A DNA stretch of 36,015 bases from Octopus bimaculoides (Eukaryota). Below the pieces are notes generated by a model. It was not told the origin of the DNA, did no database searches, and saw only the letters and a program-made list of their open reading frames with translations. Shown here piece after piece: positions 23,974-36,015 of the stretch. Position numbers and translations under genes: made by a program. Position 1 is the first letter of the stretch, and each line of letters opens with the position of its first letter. The stretch is from the NCBI RefSeq assembly GCF_001194135.2, contig NC_068986.1, positions 31,878,837 through 31,914,851 on the forward strand, given 5' to 3'.

Positions 23974-25611
23974 CTGTGTACATGCGTGTGTGTGTGTGTA
24001 TATATATATATAACTATACATATATATGCATATGTATATATATGTGTGTGTGTGTGTTTGTATATATCTATATTCATTCAAATACCCAAAATAACAGGGA
24101 GTTTCTACCTCATAAACAGGAGTTACACCACAGTCATTTTGTGATCTTTGCTACCCTGATATATGCATTATATATATAGTCATAAATAATATACCAGCAT
24201 ATAGATATATACGCATGTATATGTACTGGAATGCCAGCTTGTAGAAAGCCAAGGAAATTAGTTATTGTGTTATATATTAAATACAGCCACGTGAAATAAC
24301 ATCAATAACAACAAAACCATCAGCATCACCAGCACCACCACCAGCAGCACTAGCAGCAACACCACCACCACCACCACCAGTATCAGCAAGAACAGTAAAA
24401 AAAATCCATCAACGTTGTTTTGAATTGAAGTTTTATTCTTTTTTTTTTAATATTTGTGTTATATCTGGAAAGAAAAAAAAAACAAGAAAAAAAATACTAT
24501 AAAAAAATTCAATCTTCCAGAAATATTTTTGCTGAACGATCGGAAAGCAAAACTAAGAAGGTAATGCAGTAAATAAAAGTGAACGAGCAACAAAAAAAAA
24601 AAACAAAAAAAAAAACAAACCTAAATAAAAATAAAAATAAAAAGTAAATAAATAAAATAAATAAATATAATAAAAAATAAAAGAATAAAAATGAGAAGAA
24701 AGAAATGAAGAAAGGAAAGACGAAAACAGTAAGACAGAAAGTAAAACAAGAAAAAAAAAATATATTGAAAGAATGCAGTGATAGAGTAAGTGAAACATTA
24801 AAGTTTTATTTTTTTTCTAAAAAAAAAAGAAAATAGAAAAATAATGAAGAAAAAGTATAGTAACAATAAAGTGCATGAAAATAGATAGTGGTCGCTCCTA
24901 TCTGATTTTTAAGCATTGATTTCCACCAGGTATCAGTTCATCGTTCATCGATAGAGATTTTTCTTCGAAATTTTTCACATTTAATGCGTTTTTACCCCCT
25001 CACTGCCAAGAAGATTCACTTTCCTCTAACGAGTTTAAAATAGGAATATTACGAAAGTAAGGATCCTGCCTCTGTCGCCACTCATTCTCTTACTCATACA
25101 TGGTGCTTAACCCACCGCAGACAGATATCATACACATATTTACTTATAAACTAAATTATTAAAGAAGCACACACACACACACCCATACGGATATTTATAA
25201 TACACACGTATATTTACGAAGTGAATTATTAAGAGACATTAAATACATAAATGAATAGATGAATTAAAAAATGAAATATGTAATAACATCAACATGAATA
25301 TCTGTAGCAATAACGACAACAACAACACCAAAAATAACAGTCACAAAAAATTCAAGAACGAAAATAATTAAAATAACTAACAAGAAAAAAATAATAAAAA
25401 TATTTTAGAAACTGAACGAGAATCGAATTTTCTCCCATGCCGCGACTATCTGNNNNNNNNNNNNNNNNNNNNNNNNNNNNNNNNNNNNNNNNNNNNNNNN
25501 NNNNNNNNNNNNNNNNNNNNNNNNNNNNNNNNNNNNNNNNNNNNNNNNNNNNNNNNNNNNNNNNNNNNNNNNNNNNNNNNNNNNNNNNNNNNNNNNNNNN
25601 NNNNNNNNNNN

Positions 25612-25683
<72 letters not shown>

Positions 25684-26454
25684 CCGTGTACACACTCACA
25701 TACACATACTCATACGCACGCACTCGCTCACGTACTCATACACACACACGTATGCATTGTATCATATACACGGCGGTTCATATAGCATTCTGTTTTAATG
25801 CTCCCGCATTGTCGTCGTTGTTGTTCAAAAGCAATAACAACGATGATACAACCTAACGCAGGAGATTTTAAGTGGACTCGCAATTTGCTAGAAATAACAG
25901 CCAATTCTTCTTCAACTCACACACGTACCTTCATACAACAAAAAGGACGCTTTAATAATGTGGTACAAGGTTTCTTGCAAATAAAAATCGAATTGGATGG
26001 CCTCAGAGGGAACGCCTTTGATAATAGAACTGATCGATAAAAGATGACTTAGGCTAAAAAAACAGCAATATCAGAAACGTAAAGAAATCGATGGAGAGGT
26101 TTTAGCCAATCAATACGAAGCTCCGTTTATTATTGGGATGGATTCGATCGGAAACAGAAGCTTGGTAGAGTTAATGTTTGGTCCTAGGTCGACCCACTCA
26201 AGTAGATCTTCGGTCAACAGCATTGAAAACGTTCCAATCACGTCGATTTAGGTTGTCTCTAAGATTATTTATCAAATGTATCTTTGTCTTTGATTGTAAA
26301 GATAATGGGGTGTGAATTGAGGGAAATTCGGTAGTTATTTCTCGTTGGCCGTTTAATCATTTTGAAGTAACAGGGCATTAAATAAGATGACCCTCAAAAC
26401 ATGGATCACCTGGTCACAAACAGTAAATGATGTTGCTCATCTGTCGTTCCCTGG

Positions 26455-27016
26455 TATACAGATGCGCTTTTAATCAGGTGTCAGATGTGGCCCCCACCGA
26501 GCAGAAACCATCGTCATGCCAAGTTCATTGTGCAGAATATTTCTCCACTTTCTCTAACAGCATTGGTCATTTGATTTATGGTCAATCCTCAGTCATCATC
26601 ACCATGAGGTGAACACGATTAATGTTTTCCTCGGTGGTGGCAGTTTCAGGATGTCCAAAACTTGGATCACCTTCAAGACTCTTCATTCTCCTCCCAAATT
26701 CAGCCTCCCACTTTTGCACTTTTGATAAAGCTGGAGCTTCATCTACAGTAGCAACTATCTTAAAATGAATGTCCTTGGGAGCTAAACCTTTTTTCTGCAG
26801 GTGCATGATAACACCACAATGCCAAAATGTGTCCATTTTCAAGAGATGTCACCACTTGTTACTTTCGAAATCTTCTTTGAACAGTCAGATGCCAGCTTAC
26901 CTGGGAAGACGCAATGCAGTTATTAATGAGAAGAGTTGAAATTAATTCATGCAAGATTTCACAATTCTAGCGTCACTCCTTTTTAGTCAGCCGATTATCT
27001 TTACAGCCCACCCTCA
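26455..27016 (-). mobile_element. mariner-family transposon: 5' terminus plus N-terminal transposase pseudogene, 3' truncated
   Basis: KKGLAPKDIH…APALSKVQKWEAEF…SLEGDPSFGHPETATTEENINRVH, then (frameshifted) ILHNELGM…SARWGPHL, the WVPHEL-like motif. The terminus TA|tgagggtgggctgtaaag has its TA at 27017-27018. Confidence 0.92.
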
Positions 27017-27019
27017 TAC

Positions 27020-27365
27020 GTACTCAGCTTGAGTGACTCAGCCGAGCTATCTTTGCCACTCTCATTCGCCTTTCAGCATATTTACTGGACTGAGGAGAGC
27101 AGCACCTGCCTTTGAACTTCCTCAACTTTCTCTTTTAAGTAGGGCGATTCATCGAAGAGGAAACTGTAAGTCTTTTCAGTCTCGTCCAACACACAAACTC
27201 TTTCGTCTTAGCTGCAGGTAGTGAAAAACTATCTCTCTTGCTAGCTGATGGAAGGCGATGGAGCTATCTTTGCGGGGGAAATATAAAGGAAATCCGCTCA
27301 AGGCGTGAAAGCGTCTCGGTGATAAAACTCCACATGTAAGCAAAGCTTAAGAACTGAACGAGTCT
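27020..27365 (-). mobile_element. Tx1/L1-type LINE ORF2 C-terminal fragment, degraded
   Basis: Minus-strand pieces TLSRLERI, KIAPSPSIS, AAKTKEFVCWTRLKRL and KRKLR…SSKYAERRMRVAKIARLS are co-linear with the fragments at 4182-4337 and 4900-5246. Confidence 0.7.
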
Positions 27366-27877
27366 ACCTAGCGTTCATAATAATTTTTCTATCGTCTTGG
27401 CTCAACAGCCCTCACCGTTTGTTTTCACTGTCTTGTTCTCACTGTCCTGTTCTTGTTAACACTTTCACCCTCCGCAAAAAATCCCAATTTTTTTTAAAAT
27501 TTGCTTTGCGGAAAGGACTGTTTCAACGAAGTCGCGTATTGTCCTTGTCTTCGAAAAGCAGAGTAGATGAAACAGGGGACAACTGACGATAGGGTATACT
27601 CTTTATGTTGCAGGTCTCGTTTCTCAGTTTGTTTTGTTCGTTGTTCGAAAAAAGTTCATTTTCTATGGTTTCGTTTTTGTGTTTTCGCTTCTCATTGTGT
27701 TTAACGTTCTTTTGATGTCCTGTACCCATATATGCATGTATGTATACATATAGATGTAGGTATGTACATATATGTATGGATATATGCATATGTTTATATA
27801 TTATTTATATTATTATATGATCGAACGCCACGCTTCCTTTTCCAAGTAAGTTTTATCTATCTATCTATCTATCTAGT

Positions 27878-28058
27878 GATACACGATCCCTATTGATCGC
27901 CCTTTTTTTTTTTGATCCCTTTTGATCGAACTACCCCCTTTTCCTTCCCACGATCCCTTTTGATCGACCCCCACTTTTTTTTCCCCTCCCAAAAAGAAAA
28001 GTTCTACATTGTATTTGTCCCATCTTCGTTGAGCCCTGTGTGGCTAATAAAAGAAATG
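27878..28058 (+). mobile_element. Retroelement 3' UTR with three repeated hairpins, between (TATC)n tracts
   Basis: Three (c/t)gatc-6nt-gatcg units. The terminal 64 bp match 1-68. (TATC)n lies at about 27854-27874 and 28059-28144. Confidence 0.7.
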
Positions 28059-28144
<86 letters not shown>

Positions 28145-28378
28145 AATGTGTGTATGTAGTATATATGTTTATATGTATGTATATTGCAATTTTACATACA
28201 AAATATAGCAAATGTAATTATAAACAAGAACATACTAGCATTATACATGCATCTTAGTTTTTCAAGTTTTGTCTGAATGAATGGCACTATATATTTTCCC
28301 CTATATCTCTCACATCCTTTCACTACATTTTCAGAGTTTTTTTTATCATATTTTATATATTTATTATTGTCATTGTTG

Positions 28379-28436
<58 letters not shown>

Positions 28437-29221
28437 AAAGAAATCATCATTAGTATTATTGTTGTTGCTGTATTCTTGAATTTTTGCTTATCGATATATA
28501 ACAGTTAATTAGATAATTTAATCTCTTAAGCGGCCTTGAAAGTTATAATGGCGGCTGTTAATTAAATTCAAGACGCATTTGCAAATTTCTCTATGTCAGC
28601 TAATCAGCGTGGAATAACGATACTAATTAAGTAATTTAGGTCTTATATGTGTTTAATAAAAACAACAGCGATTCTACTTTGGCTGGTATTGATAACAACA
28701 ACTACAACAAAAACGTCAACAACAACAACAACAACAACAACAACGGCAATAACAACAACAAAAAAGCGAAAATAATAACAACAACAACATCACAATCATC
28801 ATCTTAATAATAGAAACAACTGCAATAATGATAGCAGTTAATAAAATGTAATCAAATACAAAGTACAAAAAAGAAAAAAGGGAAAAACAGCAGAAGAAAA
28901 TGACGACGAGAAATGGTGTAGAAGTGCAAGAGAGAAGCGAAGGCATAAAAGAAAAAATAATTATAAGTAAAATTGGGAAGAATATTAAAAAAAAGAAGAT
29001 ATTTCTGCTACTACAACTACTACAAATGATATGAATAATTAATTATAATGATAATAATGATAATAATAATAAAAGAGAAACAGGAGCAAGGAATAAGGAT
29101 ATAAGGATGATCACACTCCCACCATTTTTTTTTTGAAAGCAGTGTAAGAGAAACTAGGTTAAAATAACATCTTACTCAGCAGCAATAACAACAACAACAA
29201 CAACATATATTAATGAGGATC

Positions 29222-29272
<51 letters not shown>

Positions 29273-29363
29273 GTAATAATAATAATGAAGTTTTGAATAA
29301 TGATTGAGAGTCAAGATAATGCTGATGGCAGTAATGATGATGATGATGATAATGAAAATGATG

Positions 29364-29395
<32 letters not shown>

Positions 29396-29426
29396 GGTAA
29401 AAACATATTAGCAGCAGCAGCAGTAG

Positions 29427-29457
<31 letters not shown>

Positions 29458-29600
29458 ATTAATAATATTACATTTTTAAATAATAAATGATTGTGAAGAA
29501 GTCAACGTTGAGTTTGATTATGATGCTGATGACGATGATGATGATGATGACGACGATGATTTTCACGACGATACGATGTTGATGACGATGATGTTGATGA
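29222..29600. repeat. Compound trinucleotide array (AAT/GAT/CAG/CAA/GAC)
   Basis: Direct reading of the sequence. Confidence 0.9.
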
Positions 29601-29765
29601 TGATACAACTTAAGACAGATATAATGAAATATATGTGTATCAATTTGTCGCGGCCTATTTTCTAGCTTCGTGATCTAAATTGCTTTTTTTTCTTTCTCTA
29701 CGACAACACCAATATGTGTGTGGATGTTGTACACACGCACACACACACACACAACACATATATAT

Positions 29766-29812
<47 letters not shown>

Positions 29813-29927
29813 CGTGCATGTATGCATGTGCTAGTGTCGCGTCGCTTCTAAACTAATCGAATAATCGAATCTACTTTCAGTTGCCTCCCTTTAACCCATT
29901 TATAATACATACGCTCTATCAGTCTGT

Positions 29928-29979
<52 letters not shown>

Positions 29980-30116
29980 CTCTCTTACTCAACAGAGCAT
30001 CTTCTTCCTTTCCTATTTTCTCTCTTCTATTTCTATTTCTTCCTCCTTGTCTCTATTACGCTAACTGTCTGTCTGTCTGTCTCTCCATATATACATATAC
30101 GTACATACATATTTAT

Positions 30117-30378
30117 TCTTTTATTCTTTTACTTGTTTCAGTCATTTGACTGCGGCCATACTGGAGCACCGCTTTTTTAGTCGAACAAATCAACACCAGG
30201 AATTATCTTTTGTAAGCCGAGTACTTATTCTATCGGTCACTTAGGCAGAACCGTTAAGTTACGGGGACGTAAACACGCCAACATCGCTTGTCAAGCGATG
30301 GTCGGGGGGAAAAACACACAGACACACACAAATATACACACACACACTCACACATACACACACATACACACAAACACA

Positions 30379-30416
<38 letters not shown>

Positions 30417-30560
30417 CGCACACACACGACGGGCTTCTTTCAGCTTCCGTTTGCCAAATCCACTCACAAGGCTTTGGTCGGCCCGAGGTTATAGTAGGAG
30501 ACACTTGCTGAAGGTGTCACGCACTGGGAATGAACCCGGAACCATGTGGTTGGGAAGCAA
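30117..30560 (-). mobile_element. SINE family C, near full length with internal (CA)n
   Basis: Reverse complement of 20864-20984 plus 21510-21745. Confidence 0.92.
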
Positions 30561-30712
30561 ATCGACCGCTGGACTTATTCTTTCTAAGCCTAGTACTTAT
30601 CCTATCGGTGTCTTTTGCCGAACCGCTAAGTTACAGGGACGTACACACACCAGCATCGGTTGTCAAACGATGTTGGGGTACAAACACGCGCGCGCACACA
30701 CACACACGCGTG
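30559..30712 (-). mobile_element. SINE family C, partial body copy in tandem
   Basis: aagcctagtacttatcctatcgg…gccgaaccgctaagttac-gggacgta duplicates 30205-30310. Confidence 0.88.
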
Positions 30713-31437
30713 TGTGTGTGTGTATTTTGTTTCGAATTTGTGTGAATGTGTATAGAATAGTATACCCATCCGTTGAATAAAGTTGAAACAGACGAACCGA
30801 TATTCTCTATCTTGTTTATACTTATTAATCCACATCATTAACTGGTTGTTATATGATTGCTATTATTTCCATTCAGAACAGGTTTGAACATTTTAATAAA
30901 TCGTTTTTCTTTTATCTTTCATATATATATATCATGTTCATGATGTGATGTTGATTGAGAAACAAAGTATTTACGTAAGTCTGTTTTATTGTCTGAACCT
31001 CCTTTTTGGAATTAGTTCTGTGTTATAAGCACTATTTTCTAGCTCTTAGTTGTCACTAATTGCGTACTAATGTTCTTATTTGTAGTAATAAGCTGACAGA
31101 TTCCCAGGCAGCGTGTATGCTTTTAGAGCTGGGTCGAATGGTACTGCCCAGGTGTCGAAACCATAATGATATCGGTTTAGGAAGCTGATGATGGGAACAC
31201 GCCTATGTTACGTTCGGTTTTCAACTTCGTATGTATTAGTCTAGTTATTCTGGGATGTCTTTTATTCTTGTAAAATGGAAAGTGTCACCCAGTTTACTAG
31301 AAATAGCAACCAAATATTTTTCAAGTTAAATGCCGCACCGACTTAGAGATGGAAGCTATATTAGATTAGTACTAGGTTCCCTGGAAAGTCTTTTCCCTAG
31401 GTCTGTCTACCAAGGTCTTCATGGAACTAGACAAATA

Positions 31438-31860
31438 TAGCATCATCATCATCGCCATCGTCGTCGTCGTCGTTGTCGTCATCGTCATCGTCATCATGAT
31501 CATCTTCATCATTGTCATCGTCGTCATCATGATAATTATCATCATCGCCGTTATCACCATCATCACCGTCATCATCATCATCATCATCATCATCATCACC
31601 ATCATACTCCTCCTCCTCCTCNNNNNNNNNNNNNNNNNNNNNNNNNNNNNNNNNNNNNNNNNNNNNNNNNNNNNNNNNNNNNNNNNNNNNNNNNNNNNNN
31701 NNNNNNNNNNNNNNNNNNNNNNNNNNNNNNNNNNNNNNNNNNNNNNNNNNNNNNNNNNNNNNNNNNNNNNNNNNNNNNNNNNNNAAGAAGAAGAAGAAGA
31801 AGAAGAAGAAGAAGAAGAAGAAGAAGAACAACAACAACAACAATAACAGCCACAACAACA
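31438..31860. repeat. Compound (CAT/CGT/CTC)n and (GAA/CAA)n arrays around a gap
   Basis: Direct reading of the sequence. Confidence 0.9.
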
Positions 31861-32622
31861 AGGGTTTCAGTAATGCCCTATGGTCAATTTTTTTCTCTTT
31901 AAAACATTTGTTCTCTCTCAGATTTGTTTATCTCTTACTTTTGATCAGGAGTTCTTCATCGATCTCCAGTTCCGATCTCTATAGGTCGTTTCTTACTACC
32001 GAGTGCTAAGAAATTCTAGACACTTCTTAATTTTTCCTTATTGATTCATTTTATGTTTTCTACCGTTGGTTTTGCTCTCTAGAACTTTCAGTTTGAATGT
32101 ACTGTAGCTCTTGAATATGTGTGTGTGTGTATGTATGTATGTATGTATGTGTATGTGTGTGTATGTATGTGTGTGTATGTATGTGTGTGTGTGCATGTGT
32201 ATATATTTATGTGCGTATGTATGTATGTGTGTATGTATGTATGTATGTATGTATGCATGCGTGTGTACATATGTATGTATGTATATATATATTTATATGT
32301 ATATGTATATGTATATATACATATATTAAAGTTGTCCAAACAAGAATGATCTCGCTAATTTTTCTAACACAACGCATTTAAGATAATATCCAAGTGTCTT
32401 CCCTGTGTTAAGAAGGTAAAAATGTTTCAGAGATTTTGCTAGTATTTCTAGTTAGTCGAAAGACAGTGTAGAACAGGTGTAAGCATCTACTTTTTATAAC
32501 AAGCATCTGCTTTTTATAACTGCATGAGTACAAGTAATTGAAGGCTGGTATCTGCGCTGAGAAAAATCATGAATCGTTAATTTTTCATCTTTAATTCTAT
32601 GAATTCACCTATATGTAACATA

Positions 32623-32985
32623 CTGGGTTATTCAAAAGGAATTAGCTGATTTCATTATGCAATATTTTAATAAGGAAAAATCAATAGAAGACTCCAGTAA
32701 AGTCACAAGTATTTACTCACAATCAACTTTTATTTTCTGTCTTACAAGTGTTCAATGTGGCCACCACCTGCAGCACGGGCAACATCAATGCGATAAGAGA
32801 ATTCCTCCCAGACGCGTATCAGCAGATCACGATCCACTGAGTTGATCGCTGTTGTTATTTGATGTTTAAGGTCATCGAGGTTAGTGGGTAACGATGGAAC
32901 ATAAACGCGCTCTTTTACATATCCTCACAAGAAAAAATCACACACGATGAGGTCTGGGGATCTCGCAGGCCAAGCAGATACGTAC
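32623..32985 (-). mobile_element. Tc1/mariner superfamily (WPxRSPDL…D, maT/DD37D-like) transposase C-terminus plus right terminus
   Basis: 32742-32972 (-) translates as WPARSPDLIVCDFFL*GYVKERVYVPSLPTNLDDLKHQITTAINSVDRDLLIRVWEEFSYRIDVARAAGGGHIEHL*. The terminus TA|ctgggttattcaaaagg has its TA at 32621-32622. Confidence 0.9.
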
Positions 32986-33699
32986 AAAATTATTGTTTTC
33001 CTCTTCGGGCTTGAACCATTACTTTTCATTTATTTGAGACTTCATTAGAGGGAGATTTAACATTTAAATGCGGCTGTGAGCTTCCTCACTTTCGGGGTTT
33101 TCATTCTTGATGCAGAGTGCTCAGTCCTGATCTTGGATGTCTACTCCTTAGTATAGGATGTCTACTTCTAGTGTAGAGGTTCAAACTCCTGATATAGAGA
33201 CTTCATCGATGGTTTGGTATGTCTATTAAACATAGTTGTACTTATAGCGGTTACTTTTAGAGAGTACCTGGAAACTGATCTTAATCACCATCCGAGGTGG
33301 GCATTTATAAGATAAGTCTTATAAATACTCAAGGTCTTATTTATAAGGGTCTTTGTTAATGAAGTCTGCATAACTTCTACGGGAATGGGTAGGTATGCTA
33401 CTGCAAGGGAATTTTTAAAAGATTAATTCAGAGGAAAATGTTGACGGTTAAAGAAAGCAACGCCGAAGACGAAAAGTCTATATGTTGGCAAATTATGACA
33501 GTACTATATTTCTGACAATAATAGCCAATAGAAATAGAGGGAAAAGAGTGTTGGAACGTTTTAGGAAACGTAAACATATAGGAACCACTTAAACCATGAC
33601 ATCTTGATAGAAATAAATTAAAAATAAAAGTATTGTAGGTGGATAAGATAGTGAAACATTTCACAGTGTTAGAGACATGACAGACTTTTAACGACGGTT

Positions 33700-34130
33700 C
33701 ATTTGTTCAGCTGTTGGCTTAATTGGGAAGAGAGAATTGGTGTGAATCAGGTGACAGAAGAGAGCAAGTTGAATAAGCCGTGGTTGAAAGGAAGATTGGA
33801 AGGTGACATAAATATACTGCAGAAAGATCTCGCTAAGTTGAATGGTAGTACTGTGGCGTGTGAAAAGGCTGCTACAGAATCTGCAGAAATAAAACTGAGG
33901 CAGAAATATTACACTCTAAAAAAAAAAATGTTTCTTAACGTAAGTGAAGAAATCAAAGATTGGTAATGTAAGTAACTTAAATATAGAAATGTTTTTTAGA
34001 GAATAACATACTTCGAATAAAAGAAATACTTTCCAAAACAAAACTAATTCTTAAGGACACCGAAAAGTGACGCCCAGAAAATAGCTGCGCCATTTACTCG
34101 TGAAGAGCTGTAAACTTCAGCAATGACACA
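33700..34130 (+). mobile_element. Degraded R4/Dong-like LINE ORF fragment (region upstream of RT)
   Basis: KPWLKGRLEGDINILQKDLAKL…IKLRQKYYTLKKK…VSEEIK resembles the PW-K-RLE-DI-LRKDL…KY…KK…EELKQ segment of R4/Dong ORFs. Confidence 0.5.
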
Positions 34131-34184
34131 AACTGAATAAAATCTGACAGGGGTGAATATTTGGATACGTCCTATTAAAATAGT

Positions 34185-34510
34185 GTAAAGACGCGTGGCT
34201 TAGTGGTTAGGGCATTCGGCTCCTGATCGTAAGGTCGTGAGTTCAATTCCCGGCGACGCGTTGTGTCCTTGAGCAAGATATTTTATTTCACGTTGCTCCA
34301 GTCCACTCACATAGCAAAAATGAGTAGTACCTGTATTTCAAAGGGCCAGTCTTGTCACACTCTGTGTCACGCTGAATCTTCCTGAGAACTACGTTAAGGG
34401 TACACGTGTCTGTAGAGTACTCAGCCACTTGCACGCTAATTTTACGAGCAAGCTGTTCCGCTGGTCGTATCAGCTAGGACTCTTGTCGTCGTAACCGACG
34501 GAGTGCTCTT
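34185..34510 (+). mobile_element. Full-length SINE family D with a 12-bp target-site duplication
   Basis: Box A gtggcttagtggtt, box B gagttcaattcc, CORE-like module and D core. Exact TSD tattaaaatagt at 34173-34184 and 34511-34522. Confidence 0.95.
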
Positions 34511-34804
34511 TATTAAAATAGTAATAGCATAAAATGTAAAATTGACGAAACCTATGACAAAAATAGAAAAACTGCGAGCTCTAATAATACATATGAGTAC
34601 AAGTGGGAATATTCCCAGTCGAAGCATAAACGAACGGTGACATACGAAACCATTTGCGTGATCTAAAACCAAATATTCGACTGGATGGTAGGTAGGACCA
34701 CTGAAATAATGAACGATGAACGTAAATGGAATTTTAGTGGTAAACCAAACTGAACACTTATGATACTTACCTATCTATTGCATTACGTCACCAGACGTAA
34801 ATTA

Positions 34805-34805
<1 letters not shown>

Positions 34806-34857
<52 letters not shown>

Positions 34858-35050
34858 CGTGCATTTGCAAGAGGATACGTGTAAATAAATGCCTGTGTTA
34901 AATATGTAAAAAATATTAATATGCATACCTACGTGTGGTAATGTGCATATGCGGATGTACATTTATGTATGTGCGCCTATGTATGTATGCATGTATGTAT
35001 GTATGTATGTATGTATGTATGTATGTAGGTAGGTAGGTATGTATATATGA

Positions 35051-35114
<64 letters not shown>

Positions 35115-35230
35115 GTCTGTCTGTCTTTTGTCTATCTATCTGTCTGTCTATTTGACTGTCTGTCCTGTCTCTCTCTTTCTGTCTCTGCCTGCTTCTCTCT
35201 CTCCCTCTCTCTCTCTCTCTATCTATCTGT
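34806..35230. repeat. Compound (TA)n/(TATG)n/(TATC)n/(TC)n array
   Basis: Direct reading of the sequence. Confidence 0.9.
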
Positions 35231-35657
35231 CTATCGCGGCAAACGATGTACAACTGCGACAGCGACAACAGAAACGGCAGAAACAAGGGGAAAATATATA
35301 ACAGCGACAACAACAACAATAACAACAATCACAACAACAACAATAATAACAAGAAAAACCACAACAAAAATGACAACAGCGCAAACAAAGATAAAAATAT
35401 CAATAGTAACATAAATTTAAACCATAATAATGGTGATAATAATTATGAAGCTGATAAAGCTGCTTATCATGATAATGATAATAATGATGAGGGAAGAATG
35501 AGATGGAAAAGGGGGGGGGGGAGACTGAGGTAATGGCAATATAAGTATGTCTTCAATTTGTTCTCAATGGATGGGAAAAGTAAATTTAGTTCTTCTTTGA
35601 AGAATTTCCGAAACTAAAACGATCTCAAACGATCAATGTATGTTTTAGGGACACATT

Positions 35658-35790
35658 ATGTATGTATGTATTTATGTATGTATGTATGTATGTATGTATG
35701 TATGTATGTATGTATGTATGTATGTGTATATGTATGTATGTATATGTATGTATATATATATGTATGTGTATATGTATAAATGTATATATG

Positions 35791-35822
<32 letters not shown>

Positions 35823-36015
35823 TGCATGCATGTATGTATGTATGTATAATTGTATGTACGCATGAGTGTGAGTATATATATATATATATGTGTGTCTATA
35901 CATTCATATCTTTATATATGGATGCATATATGTAAGTATACACATAAAAGCTTAAATAATACTTGTATATAAATAAATAATACATACATATATATAAATA
36001 TATATATATATATAT
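35658..36015. repeat. (TATG)n/(TA)n microsatellite array
   Basis: Direct reading of the sequence. Confidence 0.92.

Noticed and set aside
35246-35533. Asn-rich 95-aa ORF
   Set aside because: It is low-complexity (AAC/AAT)n sequence with no domain or splice support.

Overview
Eukaryotic, AT-rich, very microsatellite-dense window with many N gaps. The repeat families resemble those I recall from octopod (Octopus-like) genomes; this assignment is an inference. No host protein-coding exon can be supported: the long ORFs in the track are microsatellite or gap artefacts or transposon remnants. The window holds three dead Tc1/mariner fragments, three Tx1/L1-type LINE ORF2 C-terminal fragments, two probable R4/Dong-like LINE remnants and many tRNA-derived SINEs built from shared modules. 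The most notable signal is four minimal type I hammerhead ribozyme motifs from three unrelated repeat families (3526-3571 -, 3792-3832 +, 15863-15932 +, 23881-23922 -), all with palindromic helix III. One family is a tRNA-headed SINE with an inverted copy of its own ribozyme arm, and its sense copy stops matching that arm at the predicted self-cleavage site. This suggests a Pol III-transcribed, ribozyme-processed, Penelope-dependent SINE. A second theme is that different retroelement ends each abut their own microsatellite type: (TATC)n, (AC)n, (TAA)n and (TA)n.
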